A stretch of 64,000 bases of DNA from NCBI GenBank assembly GCA_950097015.1, contig CATNEN010000033.1:2976001-3040000 (forward strand). The letters run 5' to 3'. Positions 12,311 to 23,333 of the stretch are shown here, piece by piece (position 1 is the first letter of the stretch; the number at the start of each line of letters is the position of its first letter). A program made the position numbers and the translations under genes. Under the pieces are notes generated by a model. It did no database searches. It saw only the letters and a program-made list of their open reading frames with translations, and had not been told where the DNA came from. This stretch comes from Macrostomum hystrix (Eukaryota > Animalia > Platyhelminthes).

Positions 12311-13503
12311 GGTTGCAATTCGATTTTTCGAAGCTGAGAAATTCGAATAGAACATTAAGTGTAACGAACAGTTAAAAAACCAATGCATTCGAGGTCGTGA
12401 ATGTCAGTTCAAGTAAAGACTGTTAAAATGTTTTATTAATTATTCCATGTATGTATTTTATACTTTTTAGTCGATATAATAATGCTCTGTTTACACCATT
12501 TATAAATAAATATAATATATTGGCATTAAATTTAGTTTTATTTTGTTTAAATTTAAATAAAATTTCCGGAACCAAATACTAGAGAAATGCTTAGTTTGTA
12601 TCTGTCTTAATGACGACGATACAGTCAGGTTCGCGCAGTGGCCATTGATGTATGTAGAAATTATTTCTTACACTTTTTAAGGCCATTATGTGATCGTATA
12701 TCTTGCAGTTTAGACGTACAAAGCAAACTCATGTGTTTTTGTACATCCTAACCTGCAGATAATTAGCGGAATATTGATAATACATCTTTACCATTTCCTT
12801 CACTCCAAATAGCTTAACAGCTCAAATTAAGTAAAAAACTATTTTCAATATTTCTGAATAAACATGTGTATTTAAAGCCAACTGACTTGTGTATTTTATA
12901 TTTAAACATAAGTTGGGAGACCAAAAGTAAGCTTTTAGAGGTCATAGCATGTTCAAATATATAGTAATAATTGGGGTAGGCAGCAGGCATGATTAAAACA
13001 ATGCAGTGCATTAAAACAAACACCCTAAATACATAAAATGTTTGGTCTTTCAAAGAAATTTTTATGGCAACAAATACCATGTCAAGTATAAAAATAGGCT
13101 AACATAAAACTAGCACTATTAAAATTCAATTACATTCACTTTATTATGTGCTTTTATTGGTGTCAAGAAAATGTTGTTGGTATATAAATAGAAATGTTTT
13201 TTATTAAAGACTCACTTGGAAATTATATTATTACACTGGGGCTTTTAGATTTGCTTTTTAGAAAGCTACTAGTCTCTAGGTCAATGTTTTTACAACTAAA
13301 TAAAATCATTTTGTATTAAAAAAGTTAGTCAGACACATCTATTCTTAGCTACTGCAAAATGTTTTTGGCTCAAAATATAGGTTTTTAGATATTTACAGAA
13401 AATGATTTGGTAACAGCAAAAGTTCTAAGTAGACATTCAATTATGATCGTTTTTGGTCTCAATTTTACTGTTTGGAATCTTGTAAAAAACAACCTTGATG
13501 TGT

Positions 13504-14919
13504 TTATTTATCACACTTGCAACGCTGGTCTTCTGGTACATTCTTCATCACTTGTTCCACATGCTTGCCACAGCCTGAAATACAAAAAGTAAGCATATTA
13601 AAGGAATGTTCTCTATATTTTACTTATTCTAAGGCAGAGCTTATTCCCACGGTCCTGTGCTGATAATTTAAATTTTATCCACATGGATCCATGCCAATAA
13701 TTTTCTGCTTATCCACACGGCAGCTTGTATGAATAGGTCTAAAACTCTTTATATAAATATGCCGTGCCATTAATTTCAATTTTATCCACATGGTTCTGTT
13801 TTTTGAAACAAGGCCCTTTTGGGTTTGAACGTTTTGTTAAACCCTCAAGCCAATAGATTGACAAAGTTGCCAGTGTGTTACAAATGTGTTCTACATTTCG
13901 ACCTACACATTCATTAACCGACGTTAATGTCATCCTTTTTAATTATTGTAATAACAATTTACTAAATATTTTGTCATCATTACGTGTTTTTATTCAAATT
14001 GTATTGACTTAAAAAGTAAGAAGTCTATCAAAGAAAATTATACGAGTCAACCAGCAGAATTCTAGTCAGCACCAAACTTGTCACACATATTATCACGCAT
14101 CATTGTTATTATTTTACACTATGCATTGATAGTGTACACTATACACTATACTCTGAAGCAAAAGCCTTATGCTCAGAGAAGAATAGGTAGGGACTTGAAA
14201 GTAGACATATTCATACAAGCTGCCATGTGGATAAGCAGAAAATTATCGGCACGGATCCGTGTGGATAAAATTGAAATTATCAGCATGGGACTGTGGGATT
14301 GGGAATAAGCACTTCCTTAATCTAATAGGATAGTTATTTATTTTAAATCATGTAAACATGGCTAGTTCCTATTTTTATACATAATCAAATTTTCATTTAC
14401 ATATACTTACATCATCTCACCTGCAATATTTTTTCTCAAATTCTTAGACAGGTACATTTTTATAGTCCAGGCACTGCCCAGAATCAAATCATCATCAAAT
14501 TTTGTCATAAAATGTGTCATTTCTTTTAAAACAAGAGTAGGCTATTTAGCTATCCAGATTTTTAGATAATTACCATTATTCTGATGTCATCTAGCAACAT
14601 AGATGAACGTTACTGATTCAGGATATATATAGGTTATCTAAATGATTTGACCGAATAGCATTAGAAAGGATTGTTATTGCAGTCTAGGTAAAATGAAGAT
14701 TTGTTTCTAAAATAAATCAAAATACTAAATCCAAAGACTACATAGACCCCCTGTTATTGCAGTTGTGTACGCAAAAACACTTTTACATTTAATAAAAACT
14801 TTGCTGAATTTAAAGAAAACGTGTAGAGGACCATGAGCACAATAGGCTCAAATTGCTCAAATTATCATACCTTTCCAAGTAGTCTTTCCACATTTGTCAC
14901 ACTTCACCGGCATACACAT
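13504..14919 (-). CDS. 39-aa Cys/His-rich microprotein, copy 2; exons 14919-14871 and 13574-13504
   Basis: Spliced product MCMPVKCDKCGKTTWKG|CGKHVEQVMKNVPEDQRCKCDK*. Phase-1 intron 13575-14870 (G|GTATGA...ATTTCAG|). 31 of 37 aligned residues are identical to copy 1. Confidence 0.88.
13632..14317. mobile_element. Non-autonomous TIR DNA transposon (MITE family A), about 686 bp, in the intron of microprotein copy 2
   Basis: Imperfect TIRs of about 110 bp (aggcagagcttattccc... / ...gggaataagcacttcct). Flanks tattcta(a)/taatcta(a) give a 7-8-bp TSD with one mismatch. A second copy is at 38518-39189. No ORF. Confidence 0.85.
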
Positions 14920-16253
14920 GATTGCTTTATTGTTTATCCTTTAGAAGATCAGCTCAGAGTGTTGCTCAGGTAGCCTAGTCTAGTGATGTAGCTTAGACCA
15001 ATATTCGAACACACGTACTGACAACCGTGGCCGTTCAAAACGTGCTTTGAAAAGTTTGAATGTACAATTAAATCAATCTTAAATTTACGCCTTTGATAAT
15101 AAAATTACAAAGTTAAACAAAACAACAGTAGCCTATTATTAACAGGATAGTAGGAATGGTCATAATTGATTTTTCAAAGTGAATGAGTATTTTTCAAAGT
15201 CATAGTCGCGTATTAAATATTATCGTGTTTTACATTGAGATTTTTCTCAGCATTTCTCTTCAATCTAACTGATAAAAAGTTAAATCCAACAGTTAACTCT
15301 TCATTATAGCAATTATAGTATCATAATGTGTGCGCGTCGGACATATTGGTCCGAAAGACAAAATATCACTACTCTAAACATAAAATTAAGCTTTCGGTTC
15401 TCATGGTGCGTCGAAATGACTAAAGAAAAAAGGGAAGGCAAAAGGGTTAAATTAGCCATAATTAGGTCAAATTTAATTCCTGATGAACAATTATGAATAC
15501 AAATGCAAAAAATGTCTGTATAATTTATACATATAATTCACACGGCTGCATATACACTTATATTGTTTCCGTAGTTCTTCCTGGTGAATGGAACTTTACA
15601 TTTAATTTTCTTAGCCTGTTATGCCTTGTAGCAATTAATTAAAATTTATCGTGAGGAATATATATTTAATCGAAAAGCAAGTTGTTACAAAGTCATAACA
15701 TGGACTAAAACAGTGATGACAATTATAGCACGCAGGCTTTATAGACGAAATTGATTCAAATCGTTGTTCGCCTAATATATACATTTGAAGCAAGTTACAA
15801 GCAATAAAATGCTGATTGTGCAAAGTCAATGCGGGATTCTGTATCCGCAGGAAGAGAAGCCACGCGAATTTCAGTGCGACGTGCAGCTACATCTATTTTA
15901 TTGGTATCTGTAAATGCTGGATGTGATCCGGAAGACTGGAGAGAGAATCGACCAGCAGGTCTCACCGCCTCCCAGCAACAAAGCAGCAGCAACAAAACCC
16001 GCAATTGTTTCACCCCCAAAGCCTGCCGCATTGCGCCACCAATAATGTTTTTGCATTCATTTTTACAAATTCCCTCTGCCGGAAAACAGGCCGTTGTCAT
16101 AGCCAAATACTCCCTGCATACTGCATGCGGCTGCAGCGACTTGCGTTACAGCTCAAAAGATTCGACCCTCAGCTGTATGCCTTCAATGCATTGAGCGTGG
16201 TAAATGGGAGTTAAAATTTGCAGTATACAAAAGAGTTGGACCATAAACATGTT

Positions 16254-19200
16254 GATCCCAGATACCAATTAAATCCTAGATCCTAGATCCCAGATGCCAA
16301 ATCCCAGATCCTAGATCCCAGACGCTGAATCCAAGATCCTAGATCCCAGATGCCAAATCCCAGATCCTAGATCCCAGATGCCAAATCCCAGATCCTAGAC
16401 CCCAGACGCTAAATCCCAGATCCTAGACCCCAGTCTCCAAATTTAAGATCCTAGATCCCAGATGCCAAATCCCAGATCCTAGATCCCAGACGCTAAATCC
16501 CAGATCCTAGATCCCAGATGCCAAATCCCAGATCCTAGATCCCAGATGCCAAATCCCAGATCCTAGATCCCAGACGCTAAATCCCAGATCCTAGATTCCA
16601 GTCTCCAAATTTAAGATCCTAGATCCCAGATGCCAAATCCCAGATCCTAGATCCCAGACGCTAAATCCCAGATCCTAGATCCCAGATGCCAAATCCCAGA
16701 TGCCAAATCCCAGATGCCAAATCCCAGATCCTAGATTCCAGTCTCCAAATTTAAGATCCTAGATCCCAGATGCCAAATCCCAGATCCTAGATCCCAGATG
16801 CCAAATCCCAGATGCCAAATCCCAGATGCCAAATCCCAGATCCTAGATCGCAGATGCGAAATCCCAGATCCTAGATCATAGACACCAAATCCCAGATCAT
16901 AGATCCCAGATGCCAAATCTCAGATCCTAGATCCCAGACGCCAAATCCCAGATCCTAGATCCCAGACGCCAATCCCAGATCCTAGATTCCAGTCTCCAAA
17001 TCTCAGATCCTAGATCCCAGATCCTAGATCCCCGACGCCAATCCCAGATCCTAGATTCCAGTCTCCAAATTTAAGATCCTAGATCCCAGACGCCAAAACC
17101 AAGATCCTAGATCCCAGATACCAAATCCCAGATCATAGATCCCAGACTCCAAATCCCAGATCCTAGATTCCAGATGCCAAATCTCAGATCCTAGATCCCA
17201 GACTCCAAATCCCAGATACTAGATCCCAGACGCTAAATCCCAGATCCTAGATTCCAGTCTCCAAATTTAAGATACTAGATCCCAGACGCACAAATCCCAG
17301 ATGCCAAATCCCAGATCATAGATCCCAGATGACAAATCCCAGATCCTAGATCCCATATTCCAAATCCCAGATCCTAGATCCCAGATGCCAAATCTCAGAT
17401 CCTAGATCCCAGATGCCAAATCCCAGATCCTAGATCCCAGATGCCAAATCCCAGATCCTTGATCCCAGACGCTAAATCCCAGATCCTAGATCCCAGATGC
17501 CAAATCCCAGATCCTAGATCCCAGATGCCAAATCCCAGATCCTTGATCCCAGACGCTAAATCCCAGATCCTAGATCCCAGATGCCAAATCCCAGATCCTA
17601 GATCCCAGATGCCAAATCCCAGATCCTAGATCCCAGACGCTAAATCCCAGATCCTAGATTCCAGTCTCCAAATTTAAGATCCTAGATCCCAGATGCCAAA
17701 TCCCAGATCCTAGATCCCAGACGCTAAATCCCAGATCCTAGATCCCAGATGCCAAATCCCAGATGCCAAATCCCAGATGCCAAATCCCAGATCCTAGATT
17801 CCAGTCTCCAAATTTAAGATCCTAGATCCCAGATGCCAAATCCCAGATCCTAGATCCCAGATGCCAAATCCCAGATGCCAAATCCCAGATGCCAAATCCC
17901 AGATCCTAGATCGCAGATGCGAAATCCCAGATCCTAGATCATAGACACCAAATCCCAGATCATAGATCCCAGATGCCAAATCTCAGATCCTAGATCCCAG
18001 ACGCCAAATCCCAGATCCTAGATCCCAGACGCCAATCCCAGATCCTAGATTCCAGTCTCCAAATCTCAGATCCTAGATCCCAGATCCTAGATCCCCGACG
18101 CCAATCCCAGATCCTAGATTCCAGTCTCCAAATTTAAGATCCTAGATCCCAGACGCCAAAACCAAGATCCTAGATCCCAGATACCAAATCCCAGATCATA
18201 GATCCCAGACTCCAAATCCCAGATCCTAGATTCCAGATGCCAAATCTCAGATCCTAGATCCCAGACTCCAAATCCCAGATACTAGATCCCAGACGCTAAA
18301 TCCCAGATCCTAGATTCCAGTCTCCAAATTTAAGATACTAGATCCCAGACGCACAAATCCCAGATGCCAAATCCCAGATCATAGATCCCAGATGACAAAT
18401 CCCAGATCCTAGATCCCATATTCCAAATCCCAGATCCTAGATCCCAGATGCCAAATCTCAGATCCTAGATCCCAGATGCCAAATCCCAGATCCTAGATCC
18501 CAGATGCCAAATCCCAGATCCTTGATCCCAGACGCTAAATCCCAGATCCTAGATCCCAGATGCCAAATCCCAGATCCTAGATCCCAGATGCCAAATCCCA
18601 GATCCTTGATCCCAGACGCTAAATCCCAGATCCAAGATTACAGTTTCCAAATTTAAGATCCTTGATCCCAGATGCCAAATCCCAGATCATAGATCCCAGA
18701 TGCTAAATCTTAGATCCTAGATCCCAGATGCCAAATCCCAGATCATAGATCCCAGACGACAAATCCCAGATCCTTGATCCCAGATGCTAAATCCCAGATC
18801 CCAGATCCCAGATGCCAAAATCAGATCCTAGATCCCAGTCTCCAAATTTAAGATCCTAGATCCCAGATGCCAAATCCCAGATCCTTGATCCCAGACGCTA
18901 AATCCCAGATCCAAGATTCCAGTTTCCAAATTTAAGATCCTAGATCCCAGATGCCAAATCCCAGATCATAGATCCCAGACGACACATCCCAGATCCTTGA
19001 TCCCAGATGCTAAATCCCAGATCCCAGATCCCAGATGCCAAAATCAGATCCTAGATCCCAGTCTCCAAATTTAAGATCCTAGATCCCAGATGCCAAATCC
19101 CAGATCCTTGATCCCAGACGCTAAATCCCAGATCCAAGATTCCAGTTTCCAAATTTAAGATCCTAGATCCCAGATGCCAAATCCCAGATCATAGATCCCA

Positions 19201-19380
19201 GACGACACATCCCAGATCCTTGATCCCAGATGCTAAATCCCAGATCCCAGATCCCAGATGCCAAAATCAGATCCTAGATCCCAGTCTCCAAATTTAAGAT
19301 CCTAGATCCCAGATACCAATTAAATTGAAGATTCTAGGTCCCAGATACCGATTAAATCCCAGATGCTAGATCCTAAGATC
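16254..19380. repeat. 3.1-kb satellite built from 14-bp subunits (cccagatcctagat / cccagatgccaaat) with higher-order periodicity
   Basis: Alternating 14-mers. Diagnostic variants recur at a 1063-bp offset and, at the right end, at a 223-bp offset. Confidence 0.95.
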
Positions 19381-19692
19381 AGCTTAAGATGATAAGATTA
19401 GATCCTAAAAGCATGACTGGAGCACTTAATTTAGCATTTTAGCCAACCACGATGGGCGGCCAAAAATAGAAGCAGTAGTAGCCAATAACCCAACAGTTCT
19501 TTATTTTAGGCAGATTTCATGTCTTGGCCTCGATTTTCTAAAAAACAAACTTTAAATAGAGATCTCAGATCTTCAAAACACTAATGTGGTCCTGAAATAG
19601 TAGATTCTTGAATCTCATACCCTTACTCAATCCTAAAAACTCACATCCCTGATCCTCACATTCCGATTCCCAAGACTCCGCGGTCCCTCAGA

Positions 19693-21167
19693 ATGGCGCC
19701 AGTTTCCTGCTCGCCAACTAATTTGCTGTTGCTGGCGTTGCTTCCCGCGCCGAGCTGGCTGTTGTTTTCATCGACTCAGTTCAGCTGCACCCGTCTGCTT
19801 CCATCCGTCAGCAGCTGCTGCTCAGACTCGTCTTTGACCGGCCGTCCAGTGACTCAGGTGACTGACTCGATCACCTGCGCGCTTCTGTGCTCGGCTGAGC
19901 TCACCTGCGCTGTGGCTGAGTTCGATAGCGCAGCCGGTCTGTGCTGGCTGGGGTCATCATGCGACCTGCACAACCACTGCGCCGCCCCGTGTGGCAGCCG
20001 CCGCACCAGCTGGCTGGTGTCTGGCCGGACTGACTGTCTGGAAGCCACTCGGACCCCGACGAGCGTACAGGCACCTGAGTTCTACGCCAACTTCTGTAGG
20101 TATATGAATCTAGACGTTCCAATATCAGTAACACCAAATATTAATGACTGATAGGATACATGATGCACTGAGACTCATGAGGTGCCATGATGCACTGAGA
20201 CTCATGAGGTGCCATGATGCACTGAGACTCATGAGGTGCCATGATGCACTGAGACTCATGAGGTGCCATGATGCACTGAGACTCATGAGGTGCCATGATG
20301 CATGGATGGCAGTACTAGGCAAAGACATGAATTAGTTTGAAAGCCTGCTGATTGGACTTCCTACTCTGAAATCCAGCCGCAAGGGACGGCTGCCTGCAGA
20401 GCTACTGGCCGCCAGTTTCTGGGGCCTGCTATCGAATAAGCGCCTGGGGCGGTCGCGGCGGCTCCAACACCGAATCAGCTGGCGGCGACGGCGCTTACAT
20501 GGCGGCGACTTTCGTGCTCAGCGGAGTCCAGCTGACGGTGGTGGTTGGCGAATCTGGCGCGGACGCTGCGGACAGCACCAGCGGAGCCGGCGGCGGCGGT
20601 GGTAGTTTTGTGTACGAGAAGGCGACCTTCTCGCTGTTGCTGGCGGCCGGTGGAGGTGGCGGTGCAGCAGCATCATCTCCCGGGCAGCCTGGTGTCGTCA
20701 TGCAGAACGGCACAGGCTCTGCAATTTCCGACGCCTTCCAGGGCAGCGGTGGCACGGCTGGTCAGGGCGCTCCGCCAGCTGCCACCACCTGCTGCGGCGG
20801 CAATGGTGGCGGTGGCGCTGGCTGGCTGTCTGTCGGCGGCCAGAAGGACGGCGGCCTCAACGGCGGCGGCGGCGTCTCCCGCGCCGGCGGTTGGGGCAGA
20901 GGCTCGGCTAGCGGACTCGCCGGCGTCGGTGGCTTCGGTGGAGGCGGCGGTGGAGGAAAGAAAAAGTCCAGCAACATTGGCGGAGGCGGCGGCGGCGGCG
21001 GCTACTCGGGCGGCGGAGCCAGCGGAGGCGGCGCCGCTGGCGGAGGCGGAGGCGGCAGTTTTGTAGCTCCCGATGCCACCGGACTCCGAGCAGCTTCTGG
21101 TGGCAACGCACAGGCTGCGGGGCGCGTCATCATCCAGCTGCTCGGAGACGCAGCTTTCTGTGGCTGA
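19693..21167 (+). CDS. Predicted secreted protein (about 397 aa): signal peptide + PAN/apple-like domain + ALK/LTK-type glycine-rich domain; exons 19693-20095 and 20377-21167
   Basis: Hydrophobic N-terminus, then PAN-like CALLCSAELTCAVAEFDSAAGLCWL. Intron 20096-20376 (T|GTAGGT...ATCCAG|) joins in frame to QSYWPPVSGACYRISAWGGRGG...LTVVVGESG...GGGGGSFV...LLLAAGGGGG...GGFGGGGG...GGGGYSGG...GRVII. No transmembrane segment or kinase before the stop. Confidence 0.8.
20159..20301. repeat. 27-bp minisatellite, about 5 copies, intronic
   Basis: Unit tgatgcactgagactcatgaggtgcca. Confidence 0.9.
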
Positions 21168-21404
21168 GTCCGTTTGCTCAACCTTCGGCAATGAGAAGAC
21201 TCAAACCTGCCCAAATTGATGAGTTCATTGTCGTCCTAGTTTTTAGGTGTGCAACTAAAGCAAAGAATTAACCATTTTATTACTCGTACTATTTCAAAAT
21301 TAAAATTTTCTGGTGAATCGTTGAATTCACTGTCTTCTGTTTCATAATTTCAGCTCCGCTTGTTAGAAGCGTCTAACAACTCACTATACTTACATCTAAC
21401 TTCT

Positions 21405-21890
21405 CAGCTCTCACTCACTCATTCATTCACTCACTCACTCACTTACCCTTTAACTCACTCACTCACTCACTTACCACTAACTCACTCACTCCCTCTCTCA
21501 CTCACTCAATCACTAACTCACTTACCCCGTCACTCACTCACTCATTAAGTCCCTATTCACTAACCCCCTCACTCACTCCCTCACTCCCTCACTCGCTCAT
21601 TCATTCACTCACTCACTCACTCACTTGCTCATTCATTCACTCACTCATTCAGTCCCTATTCACTAACCCCCTCACTCACTCCCTCACTCGCTCATTCATT
21701 CACTCCCTCACTCGCTCATTCATTCACTCCCTCACTCGCTCGCTCATTCATTCACTCACTTACCCCCTCACTCACTCACTCCATCATTCATTCACGCAGT
21801 AACTCACCCACTCGCTGTCACCCACATTTATTCTGTGACCCGCTCCGTCAATCACTCCCTCTGTCCATCACTCGCTCGCTCATTCCCTCA
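21405..21890. repeat. Degenerate (TCAC/TCAT)n simple repeat
   Basis: Runs of tcac, tcat and tcgc with internal local duplications. Confidence 0.8.
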
Positions 21891-22618
21891 CTAGTTGTGG
21901 CGGAAAAGTGCAAAATAATTATTTTCATGTCGTATTTTTTAACCCTAACTTTCCCTGTTCATTTGGCTGTTTGGGCATGTGCACGCCTCCAACTCATAGA
22001 TGTACTTTGAATATGTACATCGCGCGTACATCGCTTAAGCGCGCGTTCTCTCTTTAACGAGAACCCTGTGGCTTAAGTCCACCTCCAATTATCATCTTCG
22101 CGGCGAGCCAAAGCTGTCATTCTAACCATTGATTCTATAAAATATACCGTCAGCCAGCCCTTTGTGGCCGTTCCTAGGTTTTTCTACAAGCTAAATTCAA
22201 CTACACTAGTCACTCAGCCACTCGCTCACTCGCATAGCTCAGTAAGTACCTGCGGTTGCTGCCAAAATTCCAACTTGAACTGCAATGATACGATTATACT
22301 CGCAGCAAAAAGTAAAAGGGTCGGATTGGTCATACATTATAAAAAACTGCACAAAATCATAGGAAGGTGAGCAGGGAAGACTCTGAAGGTTAGATTTTGC
22401 GTCGCATTCGCAAGCCGTTGCGGCATAACCATCATATTTATTGCGTCAATAGTAAAACAGTAGCGGACACTAATTAAACACGGGTTTGGGAGCAGCGGCC
22501 AGCTAAAATTGCAGCGGATTTGCAGAGAACAAAAAACCGATTGGAACCGCTAGAAGCAGAACAGGCGGAGACGGGTACTACTCGCAGTAGTAGGGCAAGC
22601 AATTTTATACACAACGCG

Positions 22619-22884
22619 CAAACAAAGATTGAGTTTATTCATTCATGACTCAAACAAAGATTGAGTTTATTAATTCATGACTCAAACAAAGATTGAGTTT
22701 ATTCATTCATGACTCAAACAAAGATTGAGTTTTTTCATTCATAACTCAAACAAAGATTGAGTTTATTCATTCATGACTTAAACAAAGATTGAGTTTATTC
22801 ATTCATGACTCAAACAAAGATTGAGTTTATTCATTCATGACTCAAACAAAGATTGAGTTTATTCATTCATGACTCAAACAAAGA
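22619..22884. repeat. 32-bp minisatellite, about 8 copies; 6 units carry TGACTCA
   Basis: Unit tcatgactcaaacaaagattgagtttattcat with a 32-bp period. Confidence 0.92.
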
Positions 22885-23333
22885 ACTGAATGTAAAATTT
22901 AAAAACTTTTACAAGGGTCAGCTACAAGATAGCAACGGGAACTCGTTAACCGGTAGGCGGAGTTGGTGGTTTAGAGGGCCACAGAATACTTGGACAAAGA
23001 GAGGCAGGCAGAAGCAGTTTATAAAACAGCGGGTGCAGAACACAACAGTAAACAGTAAACACAGAATTCACATCAGAATTCAAAGGACTAAAGTGGAAAT
23101 TGTAGTTTAACGAATAAAAACGGTTAAGCAATAGAAACGCACAACATACTACTAGCAATTTTGGCCAGCTGAGCCGAAATCCGCACACATTTCAATTTTT
23201 GCGCGCTTTGATTTGTTTAACTAAGCATCCAACCGTTCAGCTTACAAAAATGCCAATTTACATGATAATAACATACTCTGTACACAACACTACAGCTGAT
23301 AAGCCTTCTGCAGAGTGAAGTTAACATTGATTT

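Noticed and set aside
14421-14522. 102-nt phase 1-1 open segment with AG/GT ends in the intron of microprotein copy 2 (possible cassette exon)
   Set aside because: It would split the conserved WKG-CG motif, has no counterpart in copy 1, and an open frame of this length can occur by chance.
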